From positions 7,826 to 71,825 of the forward strand of contig JAEUUI010000022.1 of NCBI GenBank assembly GCA_016786585.1: a stretch of DNA of 64,000 bases. The letters run 5' to 3'. Below are positions 1 to 10,120 of this stretch, one piece after another. Within the stretch, counting starts at the first letter, position 1, and the number at the start of each line of letters is the position of its first letter. The DNA is from Cyclobacteriaceae bacterium. GTDB lineage: Bacteria; Bacteroidota; Bacteroidia; Cytophagales; Cyclobacteriaceae. The position numbers and the translations under genes are program-made. The notes under the pieces are model-generated. The model was not told where the DNA came from, did not search any database, and saw only the letters and a list, made by a program, of their open reading frames with translations.

Positions 1-907
1 GATTTTGAACTTTATATTGCAAAACGATTGGCAATGCTCTTAGTGAGTCAAGCTGTTGCTGGCTTTTTATGTACCCACGCGAATAGAGCTTGCCAAAAAT
101 TTCATTGCGCTTCGAAAGAGAGTTTTCGTAATTGGTTTTAGGGTTGAAACGCGAAGTTGCCTGCAACATTCCTACCAGTACAGCTGACTCCTGAATGTTC
201 AGGCTGTCGGGCATCTTATTAAAGAACGTTTTTGCAGCGACCTGGATGCCGCCCACGTTTCCAAACGGAACCGTGTTCAAATACATCGCGATGATTTCTT
301 CTTTCGTGAAGTTTTTTTCGAGCTGAACGGCAATGATCCATTCTTTCGTTTTATCGAATACACGTTTTGGATATTTTCCGGTAAATACATTTCTGACAAT
401 AGAACCATCAAGGTTCATATCGGCATTTTGTGTGTACAGGTTTTTTGCAAGCTGCTGCGTGATGGTACTACCGCCACCGCTTGGATTAAGTGTTAATAAT
501 CCTTTTGCTACACGAAGGTATGCCCAGAAGTCCATGCCTGAGTGATCATGAAAGCGGTGATCTTCTGAGTTAATGAGCGTGTTGATGAGTTCGGGTGAAA
601 GATCTTCATAGCGCGTCTGGCTCCGATCATACCGGAAATAGCGACCCAGCGAAACGCCATCGGCTGAAATTAGCTCAGAAGAAAGGTCATTTTCAGGATT
701 TTCAATGGATTTAAGGCTGGGCATACCTCCGTAAAACCCAAACAAATCGATGCTTACGGTGTATACGTACAGTGGAAAGCCAATCAGAAAACCAAAGAAC
801 AGTATCCATATGGCAATAAATATCTTTCTGAACCAGGGCCGTTCGATGGCGGCAAACTCACGGATTTTGTGAGCGATAGTTTTTTTCGAAGAAGCGCGTG
901 TACTCAT
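1..907 (-). CDS. Penicillin-binding protein 1A-type (class A PBP), N-terminal membrane anchor plus GT51 transglycosylase domain; partial, C-terminus lies beyond the window start
   Basis: My own minus-strand translation from the ATG at 905-907 gives MSTRASSKKTIAHKIREFAAIERPWFRKIFIAIWILFFGFLIG (TM anchor), then NSEDHRFHDHSGMDFW and GGGSTITQQLAKNLY. These match the GT51 motifs EDxxFxxHxG and GxSTITQQ. The frame is open to the window edge, so it is absent from the ORF track. It overlaps the 3' end of the upstream gene by about 50 nt. Confidence 0.8.
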   Translation of the reverse strand, partial: MSTRASSKKTIAHKIREFAAIERPWFRKIFIAIWILFFGFLIGFPLYVYTVSIDLFGFYGGMPSLKSIENPENDLSSELISADGVSLGRYFRYDRSQTRYEDLSPELINTLINSEDHRFHDHSGMDFWAYLRVAKGLLTLNPSGGGSTITQQLAKNLYTQNADMNLDGSIVRNVFTGKYPKRVFDKTKEWIIAVQLEKNFTKEEIIAMYLNTVPFGNVGGIQVAAKTFFNKMPDSLNIQESAVLVGMLQATSRFNPKTNYENSLSKRNEIFGKLYSRGYIKSQQQLDSLRALPIVLQYKVQN

Positions 908-3419
908 CAATTCCCTTTGTACGGTAAAATATATCGAAATTGTCTTTAGTAATTACAAAGTAACTGAATTTATAGTTCTTCAATCCGGTGAGCGACTCAC
1001 GTTTTTCGCTGAACGTTTTGAGATACTCTTGGGCTGGCTGAAGTCCGCTTAAATCGGATACCAGCGTTAACGTGTAGGTGTCGTTCAGAATCAGATTACT
1101 CACTTTCAGCTTGCGGTCGCTGAAGTTAGTGGCATTAAAGTTTTCCAGTTCGCGTGCGGCTATGCCTTCAATCGCATCTTTTTTTTCAGAAATCAGCACG
1201 AAGAAGTGGGACTCATTTAGTGAGGCGATGTATTGGATGCCCTTTTCTTTTTCGCGTTGCAACGTGTATGCACGGGACGACTCCAGCAGCCGTTGAGCAT
1301 ATTTCGCTAAATCTGTACCGGTGTATTCTTTAGCGAACGCTTCGAGCTTAAGTTGATACTGGCTAATGTTTTCAGTTTTTCCAATAATCAGAATCGAGAG
1401 CAATTTCAGATTAGGGGTAAATTCTGTCTCACCCATTGATACTCCTTCCTGGATAAGAATCGCTGCGCTTCCCAAGTCGCCCGCATCGTAATGATCATAC
1501 GCTTTTTTATAAATCGCTTTTTGCTGTTCAACTACCAACCCCGACTCCTGCAAGTAGTTTGGATTAACAAGAATCCTGGCGTATGACGACTCCGGATATT
1601 TTTTCTTTAACTCATCGGCAAGTTGATTGGCGCGTGCGGGATCAGATTCTTTTAAGATCAGGTAAAGTTTATACAGCGTCTCCGCGCGATATTCAGTAGC
1701 CGGGTAGCGTGACAGCAACGCTTCATAAGATTTGATTGCATTGTCCGTCTCTTTCAAATCGAAATAATAAATATTTCCGAGATTGAAATAGGCATCTTCA
1801 ATTTTACCATTCGCGATAGCAACGGCTGAATCGGTTAATGGTAGCTCCGTTAGAATACGATCGAACTCTACTTTAACAGGATCTTTGGCGACAACCGCTT
1901 CTGTTGCTGCAGGCTGAACAGTTTGATTGGAAGCCTGAGCTGCCTGAGATCGTTCAACGGCCCCGGCTGCGCGTGACGAGCGCCTCCAGTTGTCGGCCAA
2001 TGGAATGCTTCCCCATACCCGTGTAAATTCTGTTTGGCCCAGCGCAACTGCGGTAGGATTGCCAAAATACCAGTCCGGCAGGTCAAATGAGCCTTCGTTA
2101 TTAACCGTTGTGCTGACTTCGCTGATTGCGACTCGGTTTTTTTTCTGCTTTTTCGTCTTGATTTCAGGCTTTTTCTGGCTTTCGAGAACTTTAGCAATAT
2201 GTTTACGCAGCGAAGCGGTGTCCATCTTTGCCATCACGAGTAGGCTGTCCTGCCAGGCGATGGTATTCAGATTTTTGACAAACTCATTCAGGATTTTTTG
2301 TCGTGCCTGAATGGCCTTATAATTCTCGTGTGTTGTAGGCAACGAAGAAACCGCACTGTCGTAATAAGCTTGCGACAGCTGGAAGTTCTTCAGTGTGTCG
2401 TAATAGATTTCACCGAGTCGCAGGTACGCTTCACCATCGATTAACTTATTCGAACCTTCACGAACAGCCAGGTTATAATTGGCCATTGCTTCTTTGAGAT
2501 TGTGTTGTTTAAACTCGAACACGGCCATCTCATAGTAAATTTTATCGCGGAAGTCTTTGTTCTTGGAATCTTTTAAAAGTTTTCGAAATGATTTACGGGC
2601 ACTTGCCAAGTCACGGCTTCGCGAGATTTCCGCAACCTGTGCCATGTATAGACGAGCGTAAAAATCGATCTCGTATTCAGGATTGGTTGAAATCGTTTTC
2701 TTATAAAAGTTAAAAGCCTCCGCCTCAAGGCCAAGTTCCTGGTAGACCTGACCGATGATGAAATAGATTCTTCCCCTGCGGTCGCCTTTCTTTAGTAATG
2801 GAATAGCTTTGGTAAGATTCCGCACCATATAATCATAGTTCTTTCTTTTCTGAAAATAATTGGCGCGTTGCAGGTAAAAATTCTTCTGATTGGTCTTATT
2901 GAGCTTCTCCTTCTCAAGGAAGTCGAATGCCGCTACTGCATTATTGAATTCGTTATGCTCCGTAAATGTTCGTGCGAGCTGAATGATTGCCTCATGCCGC
3001 GCATCCGGATTTTTGCTTTTCGTATTAACATACTTGAAAGTTTGAATCGCATTACCCCAATCAAGACTGAGCAAACGTGCTTTGCCCACCATGATGTAGG
3101 AGTCGTCAACCCACTTACTGTTAGGATGGCGCTGGATAGCCAGTGAAGCCATCTTGATTGCTTCCTGAATCTCTTTATCATAACCCTTCGCGCGCGCGGA
3201 GTCGAGCGGAGGGTAGAGCAGAAGAATTTCGTTGTAGTCGTCAGTGTGAGCTTTGAGGTTATCTTTTTCGATTTTTGTAACCTCTTCTTTAGCGTACCAG
3301 TAGCCGTTGAAATGAGCTGTGGTGTTATGAAAAGCTTTGCTGGTAACCGTGTTCGATTGTGATGAACAGCCGGCCAGCAGGAGCGCATAAATACAGATAT
3401 AAAAACCCCCTCTTTTCAA
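858..3419 (-). CDS. Large TPR-repeat lipoprotein, PorW/SprE-like (type IX secretion / gliding-associated)
   Basis: 853-aa ORF with a lipobox (LLAGC) followed by SKAFHNTTAHFNGYWYAKEE. Multiple TPR-like helical repeats run throughout. Size and N-terminal motif resemble the SprE/PorW family; the family name is from memory and unverified. Confidence 0.8.
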   Translation of the reverse strand: MKRGGFYICIYALLLAGCSSQSNTVTSKAFHNTTAHFNGYWYAKEEVTKIEKDNLKAHTDDYNEILLLYPPLDSARAKGYDKEIQEAIKMASLAIQRHPNSKWVDDSYIMVGKARLLSLDWGNAIQTFKYVNTKSKNPDARHEAIIQLARTFTEHNEFNNAVAAFDFLEKEKLNKTNQKNFYLQRANYFQKRKNYDYMVRNLTKAIPLLKKGDRRGRIYFIIGQVYQELGLEAEAFNFYKKTISTNPEYEIDFYARLYMAQVAEISRSRDLASARKSFRKLLKDSKNKDFRDKIYYEMAVFEFKQHNLKEAMANYNLAVREGSNKLIDGEAYLRLGEIYYDTLKNFQLSQAYYDSAVSSLPTTHENYKAIQARQKILNEFVKNLNTIAWQDSLLVMAKMDTASLRKHIAKVLESQKKPEIKTKKQKKNRVAISEVSTTVNNEGSFDLPDWYFGNPTAVALGQTEFTRVWGSIPLADNWRRSSRAAGAVERSQAAQASNQTVQPAATEAVVAKDPVKVEFDRILTELPLTDSAVAIANGKIEDAYFNLGNIYYFDLKETDNAIKSYEALLSRYPATEYRAETLYKLYLILKESDPARANQLADELKKKYPESSYARILVNPNYLQESGLVVEQQKAIYKKAYDHYDAGDLGSAAILIQEGVSMGETEFTPNLKLLSILIIGKTENISQYQLKLEAFAKEYTGTDLAKYAQRLLESSRAYTLQREKEKGIQYIASLNESHFFVLISEKKDAIEGIAARELENFNATNFSDRKLKVSNLILNDTYTLTLVSDLSGLQPAQEYLKTFSEKRESLTGLKNYKFSYFVITKDNFDIFYRTKGIDEYTRFFEKNYRSQNP

Positions 3420-3513
3420 TTAAACCGGATTAACGAAGACTAAACGTAAAAATCATATATTCAATATTTTAATCGGTCAGAATATCTAATTTTACCCCCA
3501 AAAATAGCGCGAT

Positions 3514-4377
3514 TTGAAGCCTAAAAAAACCATATCGAACTGGCTCACTAACCGATACCAGCTCGTTATCCGGAATGAAGAGAACTTTGCTGAAAAAACA
3601 AGCGTAGGGTTTACCTATTCGAAGGTAATTCTTTTTTCGGTTATCCTTTTTTCGGTGATTTTCGTCATCAGCCTTTTCCTCTCAAAAACATTACTGGCAA
3701 AATGGTTTGATCCACGTCATGCACAGATTGAAATGAACCGTCAGCTTGTGCAATTAAAAGATCAGTTTGATTCACTCTCGGTAGAAGTAGAGCGGAAAGA
3801 TCAATTCATCCTGAATTTTCAGCGGGTATTAAGCGGTGACACAAGTGAGTTCAAAGATCCGGCAGAGATTATGAACGCGGAGCGGAAGCAAAACATGAAG
3901 CCTGTGGAGAATCAGACTGAACCAAATGATTCCAGCTTCCGTAAAGAATTTGAAAAATCAGATTTGTCATTGGTTTCTTTAACCAGCGTGAAGTATCGTG
4001 AACTTCAGGAGACATTTTTCTTTTCACCGATCACCGGATTTATCTCCGCTCACTACAACATGAAGCAAGGGCATTACGGTGTTGATGTTGTAGCGAAGAC
4101 AAATGAAGCCGTAAAGAATGTTGCCGATGGTTCGGTGGTGTTTGCTTCGTGGACACAAGATGCGGGCTATGTCATTATGATTCAGCATCGGGGGAACCTG
4201 ATCTCCGTATACAAGCACAACGCGGAACTCTTGAAAAAAGTCGGTACATTTGTTAATGCAGGCGAAATCATTTCTATTGTTGGCAATAGCGGTGAGATGA
4301 CTGACGGACCACACCTGCACTTTGAATTGTGGTACAATGGTAATCCGCTTAACCCGGAAGAATTTGTAACATTTTAA
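3514..4377 (+). CDS. M23 family (LytM-type) metallopeptidase with N-terminal TM segment and coiled coil
   Basis: 287-aa ORF with TTG start. M23 motifs HYGVDV and GPHLHFELW are in the C-terminal half. Confidence 0.85.
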   Translation: MKPKKTISNWLTNRYQLVIRNEENFAEKTSVGFTYSKVILFSVILFSVIFVISLFLSKTLLAKWFDPRHAQIEMNRQLVQLKDQFDSLSVEVERKDQFILNFQRVLSGDTSEFKDPAEIMNAERKQNMKPVENQTEPNDSSFRKEFEKSDLSLVSLTSVKYRELQETFFFSPITGFISAHYNMKQGHYGVDVVAKTNEAVKNVADGSVVFASWTQDAGYVIMIQHRGNLISVYKHNAELLKKVGTFVNAGEIISIVGNSGEMTDGPHLHFELWYNGNPLNPEEFVTF

Positions 4378-4388
4378 CAGTTTAGAAC

Positions 4389-4826
4389 ATGCTTACTTCA
4401 AAAGAACAAAAACGAGTGGCAGAAGAAATCAGCAACTCGAGCAACACGATCGGAAAAGGAACTGTACTCGAAGGAAACATCGAAACGTATGGTAACATCC
4501 GCATTGAAGGCAAGGTGATTGGAAATGTGAAGTCGAAATCGAAAGTTGCTCTTGGCAACTCGTCAAACATCCAAGGAAATATTACAGCTCAGAACGCAGA
4601 CATTGAAGGTGAAGTGAAAGGAAAAATTGAGATCTCCGAGTTGCTGGTGTTAAAAGCAACCGCGATTATCAATGGCGATATCGTTACGGGCAAGCTGGTA
4701 GTTGAACCGGGCGCAGTGTTTAACGGAAGCTGCCGCATGGGCGCTGCCGTAAAAGACATCAAAACAGGCGATGCAAGCCTTCCGTCACGCTCTTTTAACC
4801 CTACCCAGGAAGTTAAAGTCAACTAG
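4389..4826 (+). CDS. Bactofilin (polymer-forming cytoskeletal protein, CcmA-like)
   Basis: 145 aa. Repetitive beta-helix pattern G-x-I/V-x-G (GNIETYGNIRIEGKVIGNVKSKSKVALGNSSNIQGNITAQNADIEGEVKGKI) is typical of the bactofilin/DUF583 fold. Confidence 0.8.
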   Translation: MLTSKEQKRVAEEISNSSNTIGKGTVLEGNIETYGNIRIEGKVIGNVKSKSKVALGNSSNIQGNITAQNADIEGEVKGKIEISELLVLKATAIINGDIVTGKLVVEPGAVFNGSCRMGAAVKDIKTGDASLPSRSFNPTQEVKVN

Positions 4827-4836
4827 TTATCGTCTC

Positions 4837-5346
4837 ATGAAGAAGCTTTGCTTATACCTCGTTTTTGCGGTTGGTTTATTTGTTCAATCGTTCGCTCAGG
4901 AAAACGCAAAGCCGACTCTGTATAATCCGACAGCCGATGCCAAGGCTGACATTGCAGCTGCCGTTAAGAAAGCTGCAGCCGAAAACAAGCACGTGTTTTT
5001 ACAGCTTGGTGGTAACTGGTGCAGCTGGTGCATCCTTTATAACAATCTTGTTACGACAAACGACACACTCAAAACCTACATGGCTCAAAACTATGTGACG
5101 GTTCATGTAAACTACAGCCAGGAAAACTTTAACGATGAGGTATTCAAGTCGCTTGGTTTTCCACAACGTTTCGGATTCCCGGTATTTGTTATTCTCGATA
5201 CGAAAGGCAACCGGCTGCATACCCAAAACAGCGCGTACCTTGAAAAAGGGAAGGGGCATGATCCACAAAAGGTACTTGAGTTCCTGATGCAGTGGTCACC
5301 CGCCAGCCTCGATCCGAAATTATACCGGCCGATCGGCAAGTATTGA
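4837..5346 (+). CDS. Secreted thioredoxin-fold protein (CxxC)
   Basis: Internal ATG at 4837 gives MKKLCLYLVFAVGLFVQSFAQ, a signal peptide. A redox motif GGNWCSWC is present. The upstream extension to 4771 overlaps the bactofilin gene and is unlikely. Confidence 0.75.
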   Translation: MKKLCLYLVFAVGLFVQSFAQENAKPTLYNPTADAKADIAAAVKKAAAENKHVFLQLGGNWCSWCILYNNLVTTNDTLKTYMAQNYVTVHVNYSQENFNDEVFKSLGFPQRFGFPVFVILDTKGNRLHTQNSAYLEKGKGHDPQKVLEFLMQWSPASLDPKLYRPIGKY

Positions 5347-5348
5347 TC

Positions 5349-5573
5349 ATGACCGAAGAGGAGAAAGAAAAAATCAAAAAAGGCACAAATTCTTATCTCA
5401 AATGGAGCGGCCTTGCCTTTCAGCTTTTGGGCGGAATCGGACTTTTCGGCTGGCTCGGATACAAGCTGGACAATTACCTGGGGCTTAGTTTTCCGGTATT
5501 TATGCTGGTATTCGGATTATTGGTATTTATCGGCATCATGTACCAGGTTTATAAATCGGTAAAAAACCAATAA
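5349..5573 (+). CDS. AtpZ/AtpI-family small membrane protein preceding the ATP synthase operon
   Basis: The ATG at 5349 gives MTEEEKEKIKKGTNSYLKWSGLAFQLLGGIGLFGWLGYKLD, followed by two TM helices. Position directly upstream of the atp genes supports the call. Confidence 0.65.
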   Translation: MTEEEKEKIKKGTNSYLKWSGLAFQLLGGIGLFGWLGYKLDNYLGLSFPVFMLVFGLLVFIGIMYQVYKSVKNQ

Positions 5574-5578
5574 CGTCA

Positions 5579-5944
5579 TTGATTAGGTTCGTCATCGCTT
5601 CAGTTGTTGTTGCCGCGGCTCTGGTAGCGGGCGGAAGCCTGGCCTTTCAGACCAAACCACTATTTTTCTTTCAAACGATCGGATTACTGTTTATCAGCAC
5701 AGCTGGCCTATACAAAGTGCTGATCGATATGAAAAGAGACAGGCCGGAGTACTTCATACACACCTATCTCGCCACACTCGGAATAAAGCTAATCGCGTAT
5801 GCCGCCTACCTTGTTTTTATGGTAAAACGACAACCCGAAATGACCGTTGAAAATGTGGTATTTTTTATGATCGGGTACGTCATTTTTACGGCTCTTGAAA
5901 CGGTGTTTTTATATCGTTTTGTCCAACAGGCTAACAAACCCTGA
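5579..5944 (+). CDS. Small polytopic membrane protein (ATP synthase protein I-like position)
   Basis: 121-aa ORF with TTG start and four hydrophobic segments. Sits between the AtpZ-like gene and atpB. No diagnostic motif. Confidence 0.55.
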   Translation: MIRFVIASVVVAAALVAGGSLAFQTKPLFFFQTIGLLFISTAGLYKVLIDMKRDRPEYFIHTYLATLGIKLIAYAAYLVFMVKRQPEMTVENVVFFMIGYVIFTALETVFLYRFVQQANKP

Positions 5945-5991
5945 AACCGGGAAAAAAGCAGGGAAAAATTTCTTAGTGATCTGCAAATTAA

Positions 5992-5999
5992 TACCTTTG
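5992..5999 (+). promoter_or_regulatory. Candidate Bacteroidetes sigma-A -7 box (TACCTTTG = TAnnTTTG) upstream of atpB
   Basis: Exact TAnnTTTG match 36 nt upstream of the atpB ATG. No clean TTTG -33 element seen. Confidence 0.3.
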
Positions 6000-6034
6000 C
6001 GGTCGGATTTTTCCACCCTGTAAAATCATCTAAA

Positions 6035-7081
6035 ATGAGCCTTTTCTCGAGCAAATTCAGCAAAATTGTACCGTTTTTTATCGCGCTGTTCTTTGCTGGA
6101 ATTTTAGCTTTTGGTCAGGAGCACGAGCAGGCCGTTGCGACCGACAGCGCGGCAAAAAATGAGGCTGAAAGTTTCAATGCAAGCGAGGTGATTTTGCACC
6201 ACGTACTGGATGACCATGTTTGGCATTTTTGGGACGGTCACCATGGCACCTTGTTCCTGCCTGTAATCGTTTATTCATCAGAGCGCGGACTGGAAACTTT
6301 TTCGTCCAGAAATTTCTACGATGAGCATCACAACATAGTTGCTTACAATGGCTACACCCTGGAGCATGGCCATATTTATCTTAACGGTGCACGGGTGTTC
6401 GATGTGTCCATCACGAAGAATGTTGCGATGTTGTTTATCACTGCGGCCTTACTGATGGTTGTATTTCTGGCAGTAGCCCGTGGCTACAAGAAAAATGCTG
6501 GTAAAGCTCCAACAGGCATCCAGTCGTTTTTTGAACCCATCATCGTTTTTATACGCGATGAAATTGTAAAACCTAACATTGGACATCATTACGAAAAATA
6601 TTTCCCGTACCTGTTAACGCTGTTCTTCTTTATCCTGTTCGGAAACTTGCTAGGGTTGGTACCAGGGTCTGCAAACCTTACGGGTAACATTGCTGTAACG
6701 CTTACGCTGGCGGTGTTGACCTTTATTCTTACCAATGTAAGTGGTAATAAAGCGTATTGGGGCCATATCTTCTGGACCCCTGGTGTTCCTCTTCCATTGC
6801 GAATTATTATTCTTCCGGTGGAACTTATCGGAATCTTTACTAAGCCGATTTCATTAACAGTACGTTTGTTTGTGGCGATAACGGCCGGTCACATCGTGTT
6901 ATTAAGCTTGATCTGTCTGGCGTTCATCTTCCATAGCGTGGTTGTTGGCGGAGTATCAAGTTTGATTGTACTATTCATTAACCTGATTGAATTATTGGTT
7001 GCCGGGATTCAGGCGTATGTGTTTACCCTTTTTACGTCACTGTACATCGGGCAAGCAACTGCTGATCACGACCATCATTAA
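6035..7081 (+). CDS. atpB: F0F1 ATP synthase subunit a
   Basis: 348 aa, polytopic. Conserved region LSLTVRLFVAITAGHIVL carries the subunit-a arginine. Operon context fits. Confidence 0.95.
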   Translation: MSLFSSKFSKIVPFFIALFFAGILAFGQEHEQAVATDSAAKNEAESFNASEVILHHVLDDHVWHFWDGHHGTLFLPVIVYSSERGLETFSSRNFYDEHHNIVAYNGYTLEHGHIYLNGARVFDVSITKNVAMLFITAALLMVVFLAVARGYKKNAGKAPTGIQSFFEPIIVFIRDEIVKPNIGHHYEKYFPYLLTLFFFILFGNLLGLVPGSANLTGNIAVTLTLAVLTFILTNVSGNKAYWGHIFWTPGVPLPLRIIILPVELIGIFTKPISLTVRLFVAITAGHIVLLSLICLAFIFHSVVVGGVSSLIVLFINLIELLVAGIQAYVFTLFTSLYIGQATADHDHH

Positions 7082-7123
7082 AGATTTCCCAACTGAACTT
7101 GTCAGAAGGGTTGTTTTACTTAA

Positions 7124-7381
<258 letters not shown>

Positions 7382-7391
7382 TAAAGTCTTT

Positions 7392-7430
7392 GAAACTTGT
7401 TCGGACACTGGGTCCGGACAAGTTTCTTTT
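7392..7430 (+). terminator. Intra-operon stem-loop plus T-run after atpE (partial terminator or attenuator)
   Basis: GAAACTTGTTCGGAC / GTCCGGACAAGTTTC forms a stem of about 15 bp (one G-T pair) with a 5-nt loop, followed by TTTT. Confidence 0.45.
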
Positions 7431-7461
7431 AATCGACATTAAACATTAGAAACATCGTAAT

Positions 7462-7956
7462 ATGGATCTTTTAATACCTGGCGAAGGACTTATCATCTGG
7501 CAACTGATCGTTTTTGTTGCGCTCGTTTTCCTGTTGAGCAAGCTTGCCTGGAAGCCGATCATCAACTCCCTCAAAGAGCGTGAAGAATCAATTCAGAACG
7601 CACTGAACACCGCAGAACGGGCACGTGCTGAGATGGCGCAGCTGAAGTCAGACAATGAGAAGTTGCTGAAAGAGGCCCGCGAAGAGCGCGACAAAATGCT
7701 GAAGGAAGCTCGTGAAGTAGCTAACCGCATGAAAGACGAGGCGCAGACAGATGCCAAGAAAGCCGCAGATAAAATTCTTGCAGAAGCCCGCGCAGCAATC
7801 AATGTCGAGAAAGAAGCTGCCATGCGCGATGTGAAAGCACAGGTTGCCCTTTTCTCACTTGAAGTAGCCGAGAAACTGATGAAGAAGAACCTTTCTTCTG
7901 ATAAAGAGCAGAAGACCCTGGTTGAAGGATACATCAAAGATTTAAAACTCAACTAA
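7462..7956 (+). CDS. atpF: F0F1 ATP synthase subunit b
   Basis: 164 aa. One N-terminal TM segment, then a long charged E/K/A-rich helix. Operon position fits. Confidence 0.9.
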   Translation: MDLLIPGEGLIIWQLIVFVALVFLLSKLAWKPIINSLKEREESIQNALNTAERARAEMAQLKSDNEKLLKEAREERDKMLKEAREVANRMKDEAQTDAKKAADKILAEARAAINVEKEAAMRDVKAQVALFSLEVAEKLMKKNLSSDKEQKTLVEGYIKDLKLN

Positions 7957-7959
7957 GCG

Positions 7960-8520
7960 ATGGCCGAAACACGGGTAGCATCACGATACGTAAAATCACT
8001 GCTTAGCCTTGCGGTTGAGCAGAATGCCCTTGATGCGGTTTACAGCGATATGCTGAGCTTTTCAAAGATCGTAAAAGAGAACCGTGAGTTCGCGCTGATG
8101 CTTCGTAACCCGATTATCAAGCACGACAAGAAACGCGACATCCTCGAGAAAATTTTCAAAGGCAAAGTAAACAACCTCACGCTCGCAATTTTCGACATCA
8201 TCACCGCGAAAAATCGTGAGCCGCTTTTGCCCGCGATTGCAGAAGAGTTTCATCACGCATACAACGTTTACAAGAACATTGGCGAAGCAACGGTAACAAC
8301 CGCTGTTCCATTGGACGCTGCGTTACGTGCTGAAATTGAAGGCATCGTTAAGAAGCTCAGTGATAAGAAGCAGGTTGAGATTAAAGAAAAGGTCGATCCT
8401 GAAATGATCGGTGGCTTTGTGCTGAACGTAGGCGATCGCCAGGTTGACGCATCAATCAAGAATAAATTGAAAGCGCTGAAAGTGAAGTTCAGCGAAAATC
8501 CATACATAAAAGAATTCTAA
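7960..8520 (+). CDS. atpH: F0F1 ATP synthase subunit delta (OSCP)
   Basis: 186 aa. N-terminal RYVKSLLSLAVEQN and C-terminal IGGFVLNVGDRQVDASIK are typical of delta/OSCP. Confidence 0.9.
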   Translation: MAETRVASRYVKSLLSLAVEQNALDAVYSDMLSFSKIVKENREFALMLRNPIIKHDKKRDILEKIFKGKVNNLTLAIFDIITAKNREPLLPAIAEEFHHAYNVYKNIGEATVTTAVPLDAALRAEIEGIVKKLSDKKQVEIKEKVDPEMIGGFVLNVGDRQVDASIKNKLKALKVKFSENPYIKEF

Positions 8521-8538
8521 GACTACAACATAAAGGTT

Positions 8539-10113
8539 ATGGCAGAAATTAAACCAGAAGAAGTATCAGCAATATTGCGCGAACAACTTTCGCAAAGCCG
8601 TACCAGCGCGCAGCTGGAAGAAGTAGGAACCGTGCTTACCATCGGTGACGGTGTGGCCCGTATCTACGGCCTTACACAAGCACAGGCCGGTGAGCTCCTG
8701 GTTTTCGAAAACGGTTTGAAAGCATTGGTGTTGAACCTGGAAGAAGATAACGTGGGTGCTGTACTTCTCGGAGAATCGAAAGGTATCCGCGAAGGCGATA
8801 CAGTAAAACGCACAGGCCAGATCGGTTCAATTAAAGCTGGTGATGGCATGCTCGGCCGCGTGGTCGATACACTTGGCGAACCAGTTGATGGCAAAGGACC
8901 AATTAAAGGTGAATTGTTTGAAATGCCGCTTGAGCGCAAAGCTCCGGGGGTAATCTTCCGTCAGCCGGTGAACGAACCGCTTCAAACCGGTATCAAAGCG
9001 ATCGATTCGATGATTCCGATTGGTCGCGGTCAGCGCGAATTGATTATCGGTGATCGTCAGACAGGTAAAACTGCTGTTGCGATCGATACGATCATCAACC
9101 AGAAAGAATTTTATGAGAAAGGCCAGCCGGTTTACTGTATCTATGTTGCCGTTGGACAAAAAGCATCAACTGTTGCAGCTGTAACGGCTGAACTTGAAAA
9201 GGCTGGTGCACTTCCATATACCGTAATTGTAATGGCGTCAGCTTCTGATCCGGCTCCACTTCAGTTCTTTGCTCCGTTTACCGGTGCAGCGATTGGTGAG
9301 TTCTTCCGTGATACCGGCCGCCCGGCATTGGTTATCTACGATGACCTTTCGAAGCAGGCTGTTGCCTACCGTGAAGTATCACTGTTGTTGAGAAGACCTC
9401 CGGGTCGCGAGGCTTATCCGGGAGACGTGTTCTACCTGCACTCCCGTTTGCTTGAGCGCGCTGCGAAAATCATCAACAACGATGAGATCGCTAAAAATAT
9501 GAACGACCTTCCTGCTTCATTGAAGAGCAAGGTAAAAGGTGGCGGATCATTAACCGCACTTCCGATCATCGAAACACAAGCGGGTGACGTGTCGGCTTAC
9601 ATCCCAACAAACGTAATCTCCATTACAGACGGCCAGATATTCCTTGAAACGAACTTGTTCAACTCAGGTATCCGTCCTGCGATTAACGTAGGTATCTCGG
9701 TATCACGCGTAGGAGGTTCGGCACAGATCAAATCAATGAAGAAAGTTGCCGGTACCTTAAAGCTTGATCAGGCTCAGTTCCGCGAACTTGAAGCTTTTGC
9801 GAAATTCGGTTCGGACCTGGATGCAGCTACAAAACTTACCATCGAACGCGGAAGAAGAAACCAGGAAATTTTGAAGCAGGATCAGTACGCTCCGGTTTCA
9901 GTTGAACAGCAGGTTGCGATCATTACCGCCTCAACCCGTGGTTTCATGGACAATGTTCCGGTTAACAAAGTACGCGAGTTCGAAAAGGAGTTCGCTGCCA
10001 TAATGAACGGAGCACATCGTCAGGTGTTGGATAACCTGCGTGCCGGTAAGTTCGAAGATGCCGATGTTGCAACAATTAAGAAAGTAGCAACTGATTTAGC
10101 AGCGAGATATTAA
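8539..10113 (+). CDS. atpA: F0F1 ATP synthase subunit alpha
   Basis: 524 aa. Walker A GDRQTGKT and the motifs [27 protein letters not shown] and ITDGQIFLE are present. Confidence 0.97.
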   Translation: MAEIKPEEVSAILREQLSQSRTSAQLEEVGTVLTIGDGVARIYGLTQAQAGELLVFENGLKALVLNLEEDNVGAVLLGESKGIREGDTVKRTGQIGSIKAGDGMLGRVVDTLGEPVDGKGPIKGELFEMPLERKAPGVIFRQPVNEPLQTGIKAIDSMIPIGRGQRELIIGDRQTGKTAVAIDTIINQKEFYEKGQPVYCIYVAVGQKASTVAAVTAELEKAGALPYTVIVMASASDPAPLQFFAPFTGAAIGEFFRDTGRPALVIYDDLSKQAVAYREVSLLLRRPPGREAYPGDVFYLHSRLLERAAKIINNDEIAKNMNDLPASLKSKVKGGGSLTALPIIETQAGDVSAYIPTNVISITDGQIFLETNLFNSGIRPAINVGISVSRVGGSAQIKSMKKVAGTLKLDQAQFRELEAFAKFGSDLDAATKLTIERGRRNQEILKQDQYAPVSVEQQVAIITASTRGFMDNVPVNKVREFEKEFAAIMNGAHRQVLDNLRAGKFEDADVATIKKVATDLAARY

Positions 10114-10120
10114 TTGAGTT

